From: an uncultured Rhodobacterales bacterium
GTDB lineage: Bacteria; Pseudomonadota; Alphaproteobacteria; Rhodobacterales; Rhodobacteraceae
Assembly (NCBI GenBank): GCA_903845215.1
Contig: CAIMWI010000010.1
Location: 30,141 to 94,140, forward strand
DNA length: 64,000 nucleotides
Direction of reading: 5' to 3'
Shown: positions 55,971 through 64,000 of the stretch, one piece after another
How the letters are laid out: every line of letters begins with the position of its first letter
Numbering within the stretch: position 1 is the first letter of the stretch
Position numbers and translations under genes: made by a program
Notes under the pieces: model-generated
What the model was told of the DNA's origin: nothing
The model's input: only the letters and a program-made list of their open reading frames with translations
Databases searched by the model: none

Positions 55971-58000
55971 CCCTGCCCATCCCCGAGGGTGCTGTCTGGA
56001 TCGGATCAGATCACCCCTTTGATCTGGCCGAGGTTTACATCAACTTCCGCCGCGATCTGGTGCTGGAAAAAGCGCCCGAAAAAGCGCGCTTTGTCCTAAC
56101 CGCCGACAGCCGCTATAAGCTGTGGGTCAACGGCACCTATGTGGCACGCGGCCCTGCACGGTCTTGGCCGGAGGCTATGGCGCTGGATGATCTGGATATC
56201 ACCCCCTATCTGCGCGCCGGCCCCAACCATCTGGCGGTGCAGGTCTATAGCCCGGGCTATTCGCATTTCGCCTATGTCCATCGCGCTGCGATGGGCTGGA
56301 TCGGCTGGGTTGCGATTGACGGCGATATCACGCCTTCGGACCGGCACTGGCATGTCAAGCGCGATGCCTCTTACAGCGCGCTTGTGCCGCGGGTGTCGAT
56401 CTATGGCACGGGAGCCGAGCAGCGCGATATGCGGCAAACGGGCGATTGGCAGACAGCACCTGCCGCCCATTGGCCGCAGGCGCGCCTTGTTCAACCGCCC
56501 CTAGGCCCAATCTGGGGCGATCTGGTCGCCCGCGATCTGCCCTTGCTGAACGAAACCCTGTCCCCGCTTGCCCAAGTCTGGCAAACCCGCTTTGGCGCAA
56601 GCCCCGCGCCCACACCCGATGCGCATCTTGACCTGCGCGCTGCCTTTGCGACCTGCCCACCATCCCCCCTACCCCCGATCATCCCCGCAGGGCACGCGGC
56701 GATCTGGATTTTCGATCTGGGCCACAGCCAAACCTGTGCGGCCGCTTGCCACATCATCAACGCGGCGGCAGGTGACAGTCTCAGCGTGTCTTACGCCGAA
56801 AAACTGCGTGATGGTCAGGTGCTTTTGTCTGACCCCGACACCTATTGCCGGATGCGCCCCACCGACCGGACCATCCTGCGCGAAGGGGTGCAATGGGTCG
56901 AACCCTTCACCCAACGCGGCGCGCGCTATGTGATTTTCCAGCTTGATGCGCACAGCGACTACACCCCCGACATCCAGTTCTTCGCCCGCACCCAAGCCTA
57001 TCCGTTGGCCGAGCGCCCCCGAATGCCCCAAGCCACACCCACCTTGGATGCCATAGCCCAAATGTGCCGCCGCACCATCCTGTCCTGTCTGGCCGATGGT
57101 TTTGTCGATTCCATCTGGCGCGAAAGTTCGCAATGGCTGGGCGATGTTGTGGCCGAGGCCTTCGCTCTGCAAGGCATCAGTGACGACCCGCGCCCCCTTG
57201 CCCGTGCGATCAACATGGCGGCGGTGGGGGCCGCACAAGACGGCATCCTGCCGTCAATTCTGCCGGGCGATGTGCCCGCCTATGTGGTGACCGATTACAA
57301 CTTTTCGTGGATCGAACTGCTTGATCTTTACGCCCACCACCCCGGCGTCACCGATGCCGCGCAGATGATCGCCCGCCACCGCCACACGCTAGATAGGCTG
57401 TTACAGCGCCTGCACCAAGACGTCGGCCGCAATGGCCTGATCCGCTCGCAACCCGGACGGCGGCTGTTTCTGGATTGGTCGCAAGCCCCAAGGGGTGAGC
57501 CGAACTTGACCTACAACACCCGCTACCTGCATGCCCTTCAAATTGCCGCCAAGCTGACGGGCAGCGCGCAGGTGGCCGATCAAGCCCGCGCCCTGCAATC
57601 GGCCATCCAGTCGCGCTTTTTCACCAGCTTATGGCATGAAACGCCCCAAGGCCCGCCTGCCTGCCAACTCTCGTTGGCGCTGTTGATCTTGACTGACACG
57701 GTCACAGGCGATCAGGCGCACCACCTCGCCGCCCAAATCACCGCTCGCTCGCTGGATCTAGACGACACATCGCCGCCCGATAAACTGACCCTCGCCAGCC
57801 CCTTCATGCACCATTACATCTTCCAAGCGCTGGATCATCTGGGCCAAAGTGCCCAAATCCACGCGATCATCACCGCCCGTTGGGGCCGCTGGGCTATGGC
57901 GGGCGCACCCACAACTTGGGAAAACTGGGACATTACCTTCCCCGACGGCTCGGCCTGCCATGGCTTTTCAGCGCATCCTTTGGGCTGGCTAAACCGCTAA
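55967..58000 (+). CDS. GH78-like alpha-L-rhamnosidase family protein, no signal peptide
   Basis: The N-terminal block ARFVLTADSRYKLWVNGTYVARGP...LRAGPNHLAVQVYS resembles the bacterial rhamnosidase N-domain. The C-terminal TWENWD...GSACHGFSAHPLGWL resembles the six-hairpin catalytic domain end. Confidence 0.6.
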   Translation: MTLPIPEGAVWIGSDHPFDLAEVYINFRRDLVLEKAPEKARFVLTADSRYKLWVNGTYVARGPARSWPEAMALDDLDITPYLRAGPNHLAVQVYSPGYSHFAYVHRAAMGWIGWVAIDGDITPSDRHWHVKRDASYSALVPRVSIYGTGAEQRDMRQTGDWQTAPAAHWPQARLVQPPLGPIWGDLVARDLPLLNETLSPLAQVWQTRFGASPAPTPDAHLDLRAAFATCPPSPLPPIIPAGHAAIWIFDLGHSQTCAAACHIINAAAGDSLSVSYAEKLRDGQVLLSDPDTYCRMRPTDRTILREGVQWVEPFTQRGARYVIFQLDAHSDYTPDIQFFARTQAYPLAERPRMPQATPTLDAIAQMCRRTILSCLADGFVDSIWRESSQWLGDVVAEAFALQGISDDPRPLARAINMAAVGAAQDGILPSILPGDVPAYVVTDYNFSWIELLDLYAHHPGVTDAAQMIARHRHTLDRLLQRLHQDVGRNGLIRSQPGRRLFLDWSQAPRGEPNLTYNTRYLHALQIAAKLTGSAQVADQARALQSAIQSRFFTSLWHETPQGPPACQLSLALLILTDTVTGDQAHHLAAQITARSLDLDDTSPPDKLTLASPFMHHYIFQALDHLGQSAQIHAIITARWGRWAMAGAPTTWENWDITFPDGSACHGFSAHPLGWLNR

Positions 58001-58137
58001 GCCCTGCCTTTTGCCCCCGGCGCAACCTGCTAACCGCAGGAGCCAACCGCCAGTTTGCCCAGCGATCCCCCCCATCAAAGGCCCCTTCAATCCAAAGCCC
58101 AATCGCCCTATAAGACCCCAAACCTTGGGAGGCCCCG

Positions 58138-58722
58138 ATGCGCGACGCCACGATCACCCGCACCACATCTGAAACGGCGATTTCCGTCTCAATTTCCCTG
58201 AACGGCACGGGGGTCGCAAAAATATCGACCGGCGTTGGGTTTTTTGACCATATGCTCGACCAATTGGCCAAACACGCCCTGATTGATATGACCATTACGG
58301 CCAAGGGTGATCAGCACATCGACGATCACCACACCGTCGAAGATGTGGGCATTGCCTTGGGCCAAGCCCTTGCCAAGGCCTTGGGCGATAAAAAGGGCAT
58401 CCGCCGCTATGGCCATTTTGCCCTCGCCATGGATGATGCGCAAATCGCCTGCGCGCTGGATCTATCGGCGCGCCCCTATCTGATCTGCAATCTTGATTTT
58501 CCCACACCCAAGATCGGCACGTTTGACAGCGAACTGGTGCGCGAGTTTTTCCAAGCCCTGTCCACCCACGGCGGCATCACCCTGCATATCGATAAAAAAC
58601 ATGGCTTCAACAGCCACCACATCGCCGAGGCAACCTTTAAAGCCGTCGCCAAATCTTTGCGGATGGCGGTGGAAAAAGATCCCCGCACAGATGCGCTGCC
58701 CTCGACCAAAGGCGTGTTATGA
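58138..58722 (+). CDS. hisB: imidazoleglycerol-phosphate dehydratase
   Basis: 194 aa. Has the [15 protein letters not shown] and [12 protein letters not shown] motifs. Confidence 0.95.
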   Translation: MRDATITRTTSETAISVSISLNGTGVAKISTGVGFFDHMLDQLAKHALIDMTITAKGDQHIDDHHTVEDVGIALGQALAKALGDKKGIRRYGHFALAMDDAQIACALDLSARPYLICNLDFPTPKIGTFDSELVREFFQALSTHGGITLHIDKKHGFNSHHIAEATFKAVAKSLRMAVEKDPRTDALPSTKGVL

Positions 58723-59360
58723 GCCTGACGGTTCTGGTCGATTACGACAGCGGCAATTTGCATTCGGCCGAAAAAGCCTTTCAACGCATGGCGGCAGAAA
58801 CGGGGGCTGGAACGGTTCTTGTCTCTTGCCGCCCCGAAGATGTCGCCCGGGCAGACCGCATCGTTTTGCCCGGCGATGGGGCCTTTGCCTCTTGCCGACG
58901 CGCCCTTGGCAGTTATGGCGGCTTGTTTGAGGCGATAGAAGAGGCCGTCACCACCAAAGCCCGCCCGTTTTTGGGCATCTGTGTGGGTATGCAAATGATG
59001 GCCACATGGGGGCGCGAATACGAAGACACCCAAGGTTTTGGCTGGATTCCAGGAGAGGTCATAAAAATTGCCCCCAAAGATCCGCACCTGAAGGTGCCCC
59101 ATATGGGCTGGAATGATCTGGAGATTGATCACCCCCACCCGGTGCTGGCGGGTCTAAAGCGTGGCGATCACGCCTATTTCGTGCATTCTTACCATTTCAA
59201 AGTCATCAACCCCGCACAGCGCCTGGCCCATGTTGATTATGCAGGCGATGTCACGGCCATCATCGGGCGCGACACCATGGTGGGCACCCAGTTTCACCCC
59301 GAAAAAAGTCAGGCGACCGGGCTGCGCCTGATCGCCAACTTTTTATCGTGGAAGCCCTAA
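58719..59360 (+). CDS. hisH: imidazole glycerol phosphate synthase, glutaminase subunit HisH
   Basis: GATase motifs [10 protein letters not shown] and [10 protein letters not shown]. Confidence 0.95.
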   Translation: MSLTVLVDYDSGNLHSAEKAFQRMAAETGAGTVLVSCRPEDVARADRIVLPGDGAFASCRRALGSYGGLFEAIEEAVTTKARPFLGICVGMQMMATWGREYEDTQGFGWIPGEVIKIAPKDPHLKVPHMGWNDLEIDHPHPVLAGLKRGDHAYFVHSYHFKVINPAQRLAHVDYAGDVTAIIGRDTMVGTQFHPEKSQATGLRLIANFLSWKP

Positions 59361-59379
59361 CAGGCTGCTGCAGTCAGTG

Positions 59380-59769
59380 TTAACCGGCGACTTTGGACCA
59401 TCCAAAGGTTTTGCACAAAGACGGGCAAACCTTGACCTTCAACGTGTCGCCGTCCACCTTCATCGAGGCAGAATAGGTCTTATCACCGCTTGGTGCCAAC
59501 AACTGGCCATCGGTAAAACTGCCTTCCCCCGCAGATGTCATGCCGGTGATGATGACTTTGCCCAAATCCCCGCCCGCCTGTTCGGCCCCGGTGCTGTCAA
59601 ACGCCTTAATCACCGTGCCGCACATCATGTCGCCGCACGGGGCAATCTGCACATAAGAAAAGCCGCCTTGGTCATTCGGGGGTGTCTGCCAAAGGCCTTC
59701 GACCGGATCGGCAAAAGAAGCCCCAGCGAAAAATACGGCCATTGACGCGATAATCAGTTTTTTCATCAT
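59380..59769 (-). CDS. DUF2147 domain-containing secreted protein
   Basis: 129 aa. Has a signal peptide (MMKKLIIASMAVFFAGASFA) followed by the DPVEGLWQT motif typical of DUF2147. Confidence 0.7.
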   Translation of the reverse strand: MMKKLIIASMAVFFAGASFADPVEGLWQTPPNDQGGFSYVQIAPCGDMMCGTVIKAFDSTGAEQAGGDLGKVIITGMTSAGEGSFTDGQLLAPSGDKTYSASMKVDGDTLKVKVCPSLCKTFGWSKVAG

Positions 59770-59919
59770 AAAATCCTTTTGAAAAAATTTGTGCCAAAAA
59801 TCAGCATTAACTATTTACCAAACCCGAACCCGCTTGTCTAGCGCAAGATGTGCAGGGTTGCCCTCTCTTGCCCTGCCGACCGCTTGCGCCTAAGAACCGC
59901 ACAGTTTTGGAGAGCACCC

Positions 59920-60642
59920 ATGATCCTTTACCCCGCCATTGATCTGAAAGACGGCCAATGCGTGCGCCTGTTGCGCGGCGAGATGTCGGCCGCCACCGTC
60001 TTTGGCGATGACCCCGCCGCCCAAGCCGCCAAATTCGTGGCCGCGGGCTGTGACTGGCTGCATCTTGTCGACCTGAACGGCGCTTTTGCAGGCACCCCTG
60101 TCAATGCCGCCGCAGTCATGGCCATTCTGGCGGCCGTTAAAGTGCCCTGCCAGCTTGGCGGCGGGATCCGCGACATGGCCACGATCGAAATGTGGCTGAC
60201 CAAGGGCCTTGCCCGCGTCATCTTGGGCACCGTGGCTGTGGAAAACCCCGACCTTGTCACCCAAGCCGCCCGCGCCTTTCCAGGGCAAGTGGCCGTGGGC
60301 ATTGATGCCCGCAAGGGCTTTGTGGCCACCAAAGGCTGGGCCACGGAAACCAAGGTACAAGCCACCGATCTCGCGCGCCGCTTTGAAGATTGCGGCGTTG
60401 CGGCCCTGATCTATACCGACATCGACCGCGACGGCGCGATGCAAGGCCCCAATATCGCCGCAACCGAGGCTTTGTCGCGTGCCGTGTCGATCCCCGTGAT
60501 CGCCTCGGGCGGGGTTAGCCAAATGTCTGACCTGCTGGCGCTGCGCGACACCGGCACCATTGCCGGCGCAATCTCTGGCCGCGCCCTCTATGATGGGGCA
60601 ATTGATCTGGCCGCTGCCCTTCATGCGCTGCAACAGGCGTAA
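59920..60642 (+). CDS. hisA: 1-(5-phosphoribosyl)-5-[(5-phosphoribosylamino)methylideneamino]imidazole-4-carboxamide isomerase
   Basis: Start at ATG 59920 gives [17 protein letters not shown], the canonical HisA N-terminus. Confidence 0.95.
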   Translation: MILYPAIDLKDGQCVRLLRGEMSAATVFGDDPAAQAAKFVAAGCDWLHLVDLNGAFAGTPVNAAAVMAILAAVKVPCQLGGGIRDMATIEMWLTKGLARVILGTVAVENPDLVTQAARAFPGQVAVGIDARKGFVATKGWATETKVQATDLARRFEDCGVAALIYTDIDRDGAMQGPNIAATEALSRAVSIPVIASGGVSQMSDLLALRDTGTIAGAISGRALYDGAIDLAAALHALQQA

Positions 60643-60681
60643 GGGCTTTGCCCTTGCAGGCGTTTTATCTATAAGGGCGTC

Positions 60682-61443
60682 ATGCTGAAAACCCGCCTCA
60701 TTCCCTGCCTTGATGTCGCCGATGGCCGCGTGGTCAAAGGTGTGAACTTCACCAACCTCATCGATGCGGGCGATCCGGTCGAAGCCGCGCGCGCCTATGA
60801 TGCGGCGGGCGCGGATGAGCTGTGCTTTTTGGACATCCACGCCACGCATGAAAACCGCGGCACGATGTTTGATATGGTCACCCGCACCGCCGAGCAGTGT
60901 TTTATGCCGCTGACAGTCGGGGGCGGTGTGCGCAGCCACCACGACGTGCGCGCTTTGCTTCTGGCAGGGGCCGATAAGGTCAGCTTCAACTCTGCCGCCG
61001 TGGCCAATCCCGATGTCGTGGCCGAAGCCGCAGACCGGTTTGGCGCGCAATGCATTGTCGTGGCGATTGATGCCAAAACCGTGGCCCCCGGCCGATGGGA
61101 GATTTTCACCCACGGCGGGCGCAAGGCCACGGGTATTGATGCTGTCGAATTTGCCCGCACCATGGCCGCCAAGGGTGCCGGCGAAATCCTGCTCACCTCG
61201 ATGGACCGTGACGGCACCAAGGGCGGCTACAACCTGCCCCTCACCCGCGCCATCGCCGATGCCGTAAGCGTACCCGTCATCGCCTCAGGCGGGGTGGGCA
61301 CGCTGGACCATCTGGTCGAAGGCGTCACCCAAGGCGGCGCATCTGCCGTGCTTGCCGCTTCTATCTTCCACTTTGGCACCTATACCATCGCCCAAGCCAA
61401 AGCCCATATGCACGCGGCTGGCATCCCGATGAGGCTTTCATGA
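60682..61443 (+). CDS. hisF: imidazole glycerol phosphate synthase, cyclase subunit HisF
   Basis: [23 protein letters not shown] and the later IASGGVG motif. Confidence 0.97.
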   Translation: MLKTRLIPCLDVADGRVVKGVNFTNLIDAGDPVEAARAYDAAGADELCFLDIHATHENRGTMFDMVTRTAEQCFMPLTVGGGVRSHHDVRALLLAGADKVSFNSAAVANPDVVAEAADRFGAQCIVVAIDAKTVAPGRWEIFTHGGRKATGIDAVEFARTMAAKGAGEILLTSMDRDGTKGGYNLPLTRAIADAVSVPVIASGGVGTLDHLVEGVTQGGASAVLAASIFHFGTYTIAQAKAHMHAAGIPMRLS

Positions 61444-61751
61444 CCAATGCCCTCACCCGCCTCGCCGCCACCATCGAAGCGCGCAAAGGCGCTGATCCCG
61501 AAACCTCGTGGACAGCCAAGCTTCTGGCCAAAGGCCCCGAAAAATGCGCCGAAAAGTTCGGCGAAGAGGCGGTAGAGGCCATCATCGAAGCCGTCAAAGG
61601 CGACACAGCCAAACTCACCGCTGAAGCGGCCGATGTGCTCTACCACCTGCTCGTCATGCTGGCCGCCCGCGATGTGACACTGGCCGACGTGCTGGCAGAA
61701 CTCGAAAAACGCGCTGGCACCTCAGGCATCGCCGAAAAAGCCGCCCGCTAA
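61440..61751 (+). CDS. hisE: phosphoribosyl-ATP pyrophosphatase
   Basis: 103 aa. [24 protein letters not shown]...[13 protein letters not shown] is the HisE signature. Overlaps the hisF stop. Confidence 0.9.
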   Translation: MTNALTRLAATIEARKGADPETSWTAKLLAKGPEKCAEKFGEEAVEAIIEAVKGDTAKLTAEAADVLYHLLVMLAARDVTLADVLAELEKRAGTSGIAEKAAR

Positions 61752-61756
61752 GCCAA

Positions 61757-61832
61757 GCCGCCCCCCCTTTCATATGTGCCCAAATATCCCGGGGGGGTCC
61801 AGGGGGGCAGCGCCCCCCGGCCTTGGGCGGCC
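61757..61832 (+). repeat. ~70-nt intergenic two-hairpin repeat element, second copy (AT-rich box + GGGGGG-CAGCG-CCCCCC hairpin + 3' box GGGCGGCC)
   Basis: The box CCCCTTTCATATGTGCCCAAATATCCC is at 61764-61790 and the hairpin at 61802-61818. Terminal 7-bp inverted repeat GCCGCCC (61757-61763) / GGGCGGC (61825-61831). The element fills the hisE/ychF convergent gap. Confidence 0.7.
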
Positions 61833-61839
61833 GCAGGCC

Positions 61840-62937
61840 TTAGGCGTTGAACAAAAAGTGCAACACATCCCCGTCTTTGACCTCATAGGTCTTGCCCTCG
61901 ACACGGAACTTGCCCGCCTCTTTGGCCCCAGCCTCGCCGTTGCCTGCAACATAATCGGCATAGCCAATGGTTTCCGACCGGATAAAGCCCTTCTCGAAAT
62001 CGCCGTGAATCACGCCCGCGGCTTGCGGGGCCAGCGTGCCCTTCAAGATCGTCCATGCCCGCGCTTCTTTCGGGCCCACGGTGAAATAGGTCTGCAAGCC
62101 CAACAGCGCATAGCCTGCGCGGATCAAGCGGTCCAAGCCCGCCTCGGCCAAGCCCATTTCTTCCAAGAACATTGCGGCCTCGTCGGCAGCCAATTGGCTG
62201 ATCTCTTCCTCGATCCGGGCCGAGATCACGACCGACGCCGCGCCCTGCGCCTTGGCCATCTCGGCCACCCGTGCGGATTGGCCGTTGCCTTTGGCAGCGC
62301 AGGCCTCTTCGACGTTGCAGACGTAAAGCACAGGTTTTGAGGTCAGCAGTTGCAACAAGCGCCACGCGCGCAGATCGTCTTCGCCCACCTGCACCGTGCG
62401 TGCGGGTTTGCCCGCTTCCAGCGCCACTTGCGCCAAGGCCAGCAAACGGTCTTGATCGACCAGCTCTTTATCGCCGCCCTTGATCTTGCGCGCCAAGCCC
62501 GCACGGCGCCGTTCGATCGATTCCAGATCGGACAGCATCAGTTCGGTTTCAATCGTCTCGGCATCGGCCACGGGGTCAATGCGGCCTTCGACATGGGTGA
62601 TATCGCCGTCTTCAAAGCAGCGCAGGACATGGGCGATGGCGTCGCATTCGCGGATATTGGCCAAAAACTGGTTGCCCAACCCCTCGCCCTTGGAGGCGCC
62701 ACGCACCAGCCCTGCGATGTCCACAAAGGTCATGCGGGTCGGAATAATTTGCTTGGACCCTGCAATTTCCGCCAATTTGTCCAACCGCGCATCGGGCACG
62801 GCGACTTCGCCCACATTGGGTTCAATCGTACAGAACGGGAAATTGGCGGCCTGCGCGGCAGCAGTTCTGGTCAAGGCATTGAAAAGGGTGGATTTTCCCA
62901 CATTTGGCAAACCCACGATACCCATTTTGAAACCCAT
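61840..62937 (-). CDS. ychF: redox-regulated ribosome-binding ATPase YchF
   Basis: Start at ATG 62937 gives MGFKMGIVGLPNVGKSTLFNALT. Has the C-terminal TGS-like domain ending DGDVLHFLFNA. Confidence 0.95.
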   Translation of the reverse strand: MGFKMGIVGLPNVGKSTLFNALTRTAAAQAANFPFCTIEPNVGEVAVPDARLDKLAEIAGSKQIIPTRMTFVDIAGLVRGASKGEGLGNQFLANIRECDAIAHVLRCFEDGDITHVEGRIDPVADAETIETELMLSDLESIERRRAGLARKIKGGDKELVDQDRLLALAQVALEAGKPARTVQVGEDDLRAWRLLQLLTSKPVLYVCNVEEACAAKGNGQSARVAEMAKAQGAASVVISARIEEEISQLAADEAAMFLEEMGLAEAGLDRLIRAGYALLGLQTYFTVGPKEARAWTILKGTLAPQAAGVIHGDFEKGFIRSETIGYADYVAGNGEAGAKEAGKFRVEGKTYEVKDGDVLHFLFNA

Positions 62938-63138
62938 GACACCCTCCGCCGTTGCGCCCAAGCGGCATAGGAGGCGGGGGCCTTCTGGTCAAGGGGCGGG
63001 CGGGGGCCAAACGGTTGATGCACGACCTTGTGCGCCAAAAAATAGTGCTACAAGCCTGTCGTTTGGGCCAAGCCATTGCTTTTCCCTGCGCCCAAGTGCA
63101 CATCGGTTGCGATATTTCTTTTGGCAAAGATCGCTGAC

Positions 63139-63930
63139 ATGACCCGAATCGATGACACCTTCGCCCGCCTCGCCACACAAAAGCGCAAGGCCTTTGTCGC
63201 TTATATCATGGCTGGCGACCCCGATGTGGCCACGGCCTTGGCTGTGATGCAGGGATTGCCTGCGGCGGGTGTCGATATCATCGAACTGGGCCTGCCCTTC
63301 ACCGACCCGATGGCCGATGGCCCCACGATCCAACTGGCGGGCCAACGCGCGCTGGAAGGCGGGATGACGCTGGACAAGACCTTGCAAATGGTGCGCGATT
63401 TTCGGGCCTCTGACAGCACAACGCCCATCGTGCTGATGGGTTATTACAACCCGATCTATGCGCGCGGGGTTGATCTCTTCCTGACCCAAGCGCAGCAAGC
63501 GGGCATTGACGGGCTGATCATCGTCGACCTTCCGCCCGAGGAAGACGACGAGTTGTGTCTTCCGGCACAAAAGGCCGGCCTGAACTTTATCCGCCTTGCC
63601 ACACCCACCACCGACAACAAGCGCCTGCCCAAAGTGCTGCAAAACACCTCGGGCTTTGTCTATTATGTGTCGATCACCGGCATCACCGGGGCGGCGGCGG
63701 CCCTTGCGACCGATGTGGCCCCCGAAGTGGCGCGGATCAAATCCCAAACGGATCTGCCGATCATCGTGGGCTTTGGCATCAACACGCCCGACTCCGCCGA
63801 GGCCATAGCTTCGGTCGCGGATGGCTGCGTGGTGGGGTCAGCCATCGTGAAGCAGATCGGCGAGGGGCGTCCAGTTTCGGATGTTTTGGCCTTTGTCGCC
63901 AGCCTTGCCGCAGGCGCGCACCGCGCCTGA
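63139..63930 (+). CDS. trpA: tryptophan synthase alpha chain
   Basis: Start at ATG 63139. Has the [18 protein letters not shown] and [13 protein letters not shown] motifs. Confidence 0.95.
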   Translation: MTRIDDTFARLATQKRKAFVAYIMAGDPDVATALAVMQGLPAAGVDIIELGLPFTDPMADGPTIQLAGQRALEGGMTLDKTLQMVRDFRASDSTTPIVLMGYYNPIYARGVDLFLTQAQQAGIDGLIIVDLPPEEDDELCLPAQKAGLNFIRLATPTTDNKRLPKVLQNTSGFVYYVSITGITGAAAALATDVAPEVARIKSQTDLPIIVGFGINTPDSAEAIASVADGCVVGSAIVKQIGEGRPVSDVLAFVASLAAGAHRA

Positions 63931-64000
63931 TGTGCGATCCGGCCTATGCCAAGGTGTTGGTGGAAAGCTTCGAACGACTGACGGGCCGCACCTTGGGCGA
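63930..64000 (+). CDS. 5' end of an unidentified ORF running off the window
   Basis: ATG 63930 overlaps the trpA TGA by 1 nt. Only [23 protein letters not shown] is visible, which is too short to assign. Confidence 0.3.
   Translation, partial: MCDPAYAKVLVESFERLTGRTLG

Noticed and set aside
59890-61113. 407-aa minus-strand ORF
   Set aside because: It is antisense to hisA and hisF. Its composition is low-complexity Gly/Ala/Arg/His, so it is a shadow ORF.

Overview
This is a gene-dense segment of roughly 60-65% G+C (judged by eye). It looks alphaproteobacterial and probably Rhodobacteraceae-like; that is an inference from gene content (HdaA, short alpha-type ProS, single LolC/E plus LolD, Rhizobium-type rhamnose locus). 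Most of it is core housekeeping: dusA, surE-pcm-nlpD, tatABC, parE, the lol genes, proS, hdaA-ppk1-ppx, uvrD, pyc, hisBH/hisAFE, ychF and trpA. It also carries three tRNAs (Asn-GTT and two identical Gly-GCC), several regulator/efflux pairs, and a complete L-rhamnose uptake and catabolism locus (rhaK | rhaM-rhaQPTS-rhaR | rhaD-rhaI) extended by a DUF4037 / URO-D-like / GH78-like trio. The clearest anomaly is a ~0.7 kb low-GC patch holding a single DUF2971-like ORF (17841-18506) whose start overlaps the stop codon of the essential parE gene, with no mobility genes nearby. Other notable signals: (1) a family of ~70-nt intergenic G-run/C-run hairpin repeats, two of which share a 26/27-identical AT-rich box; (2) two identical tRNA-Gly genes bracketing a 1.3-kb TetR/DUF2306 cassette; (3) highly symmetric operator-like DNA in two rha regulatory regions that share the 9-mer TTTTCTGCG; (4) a DUF815 AAA+ ATPase translationally coupled to tatC. 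I saw no CRISPR array, integrase, transposase or prophage genes. All family assignments come from recognising motifs by eye; no database search or computation was run. Start codons were refined by hand where the ORF track clearly over-extends.
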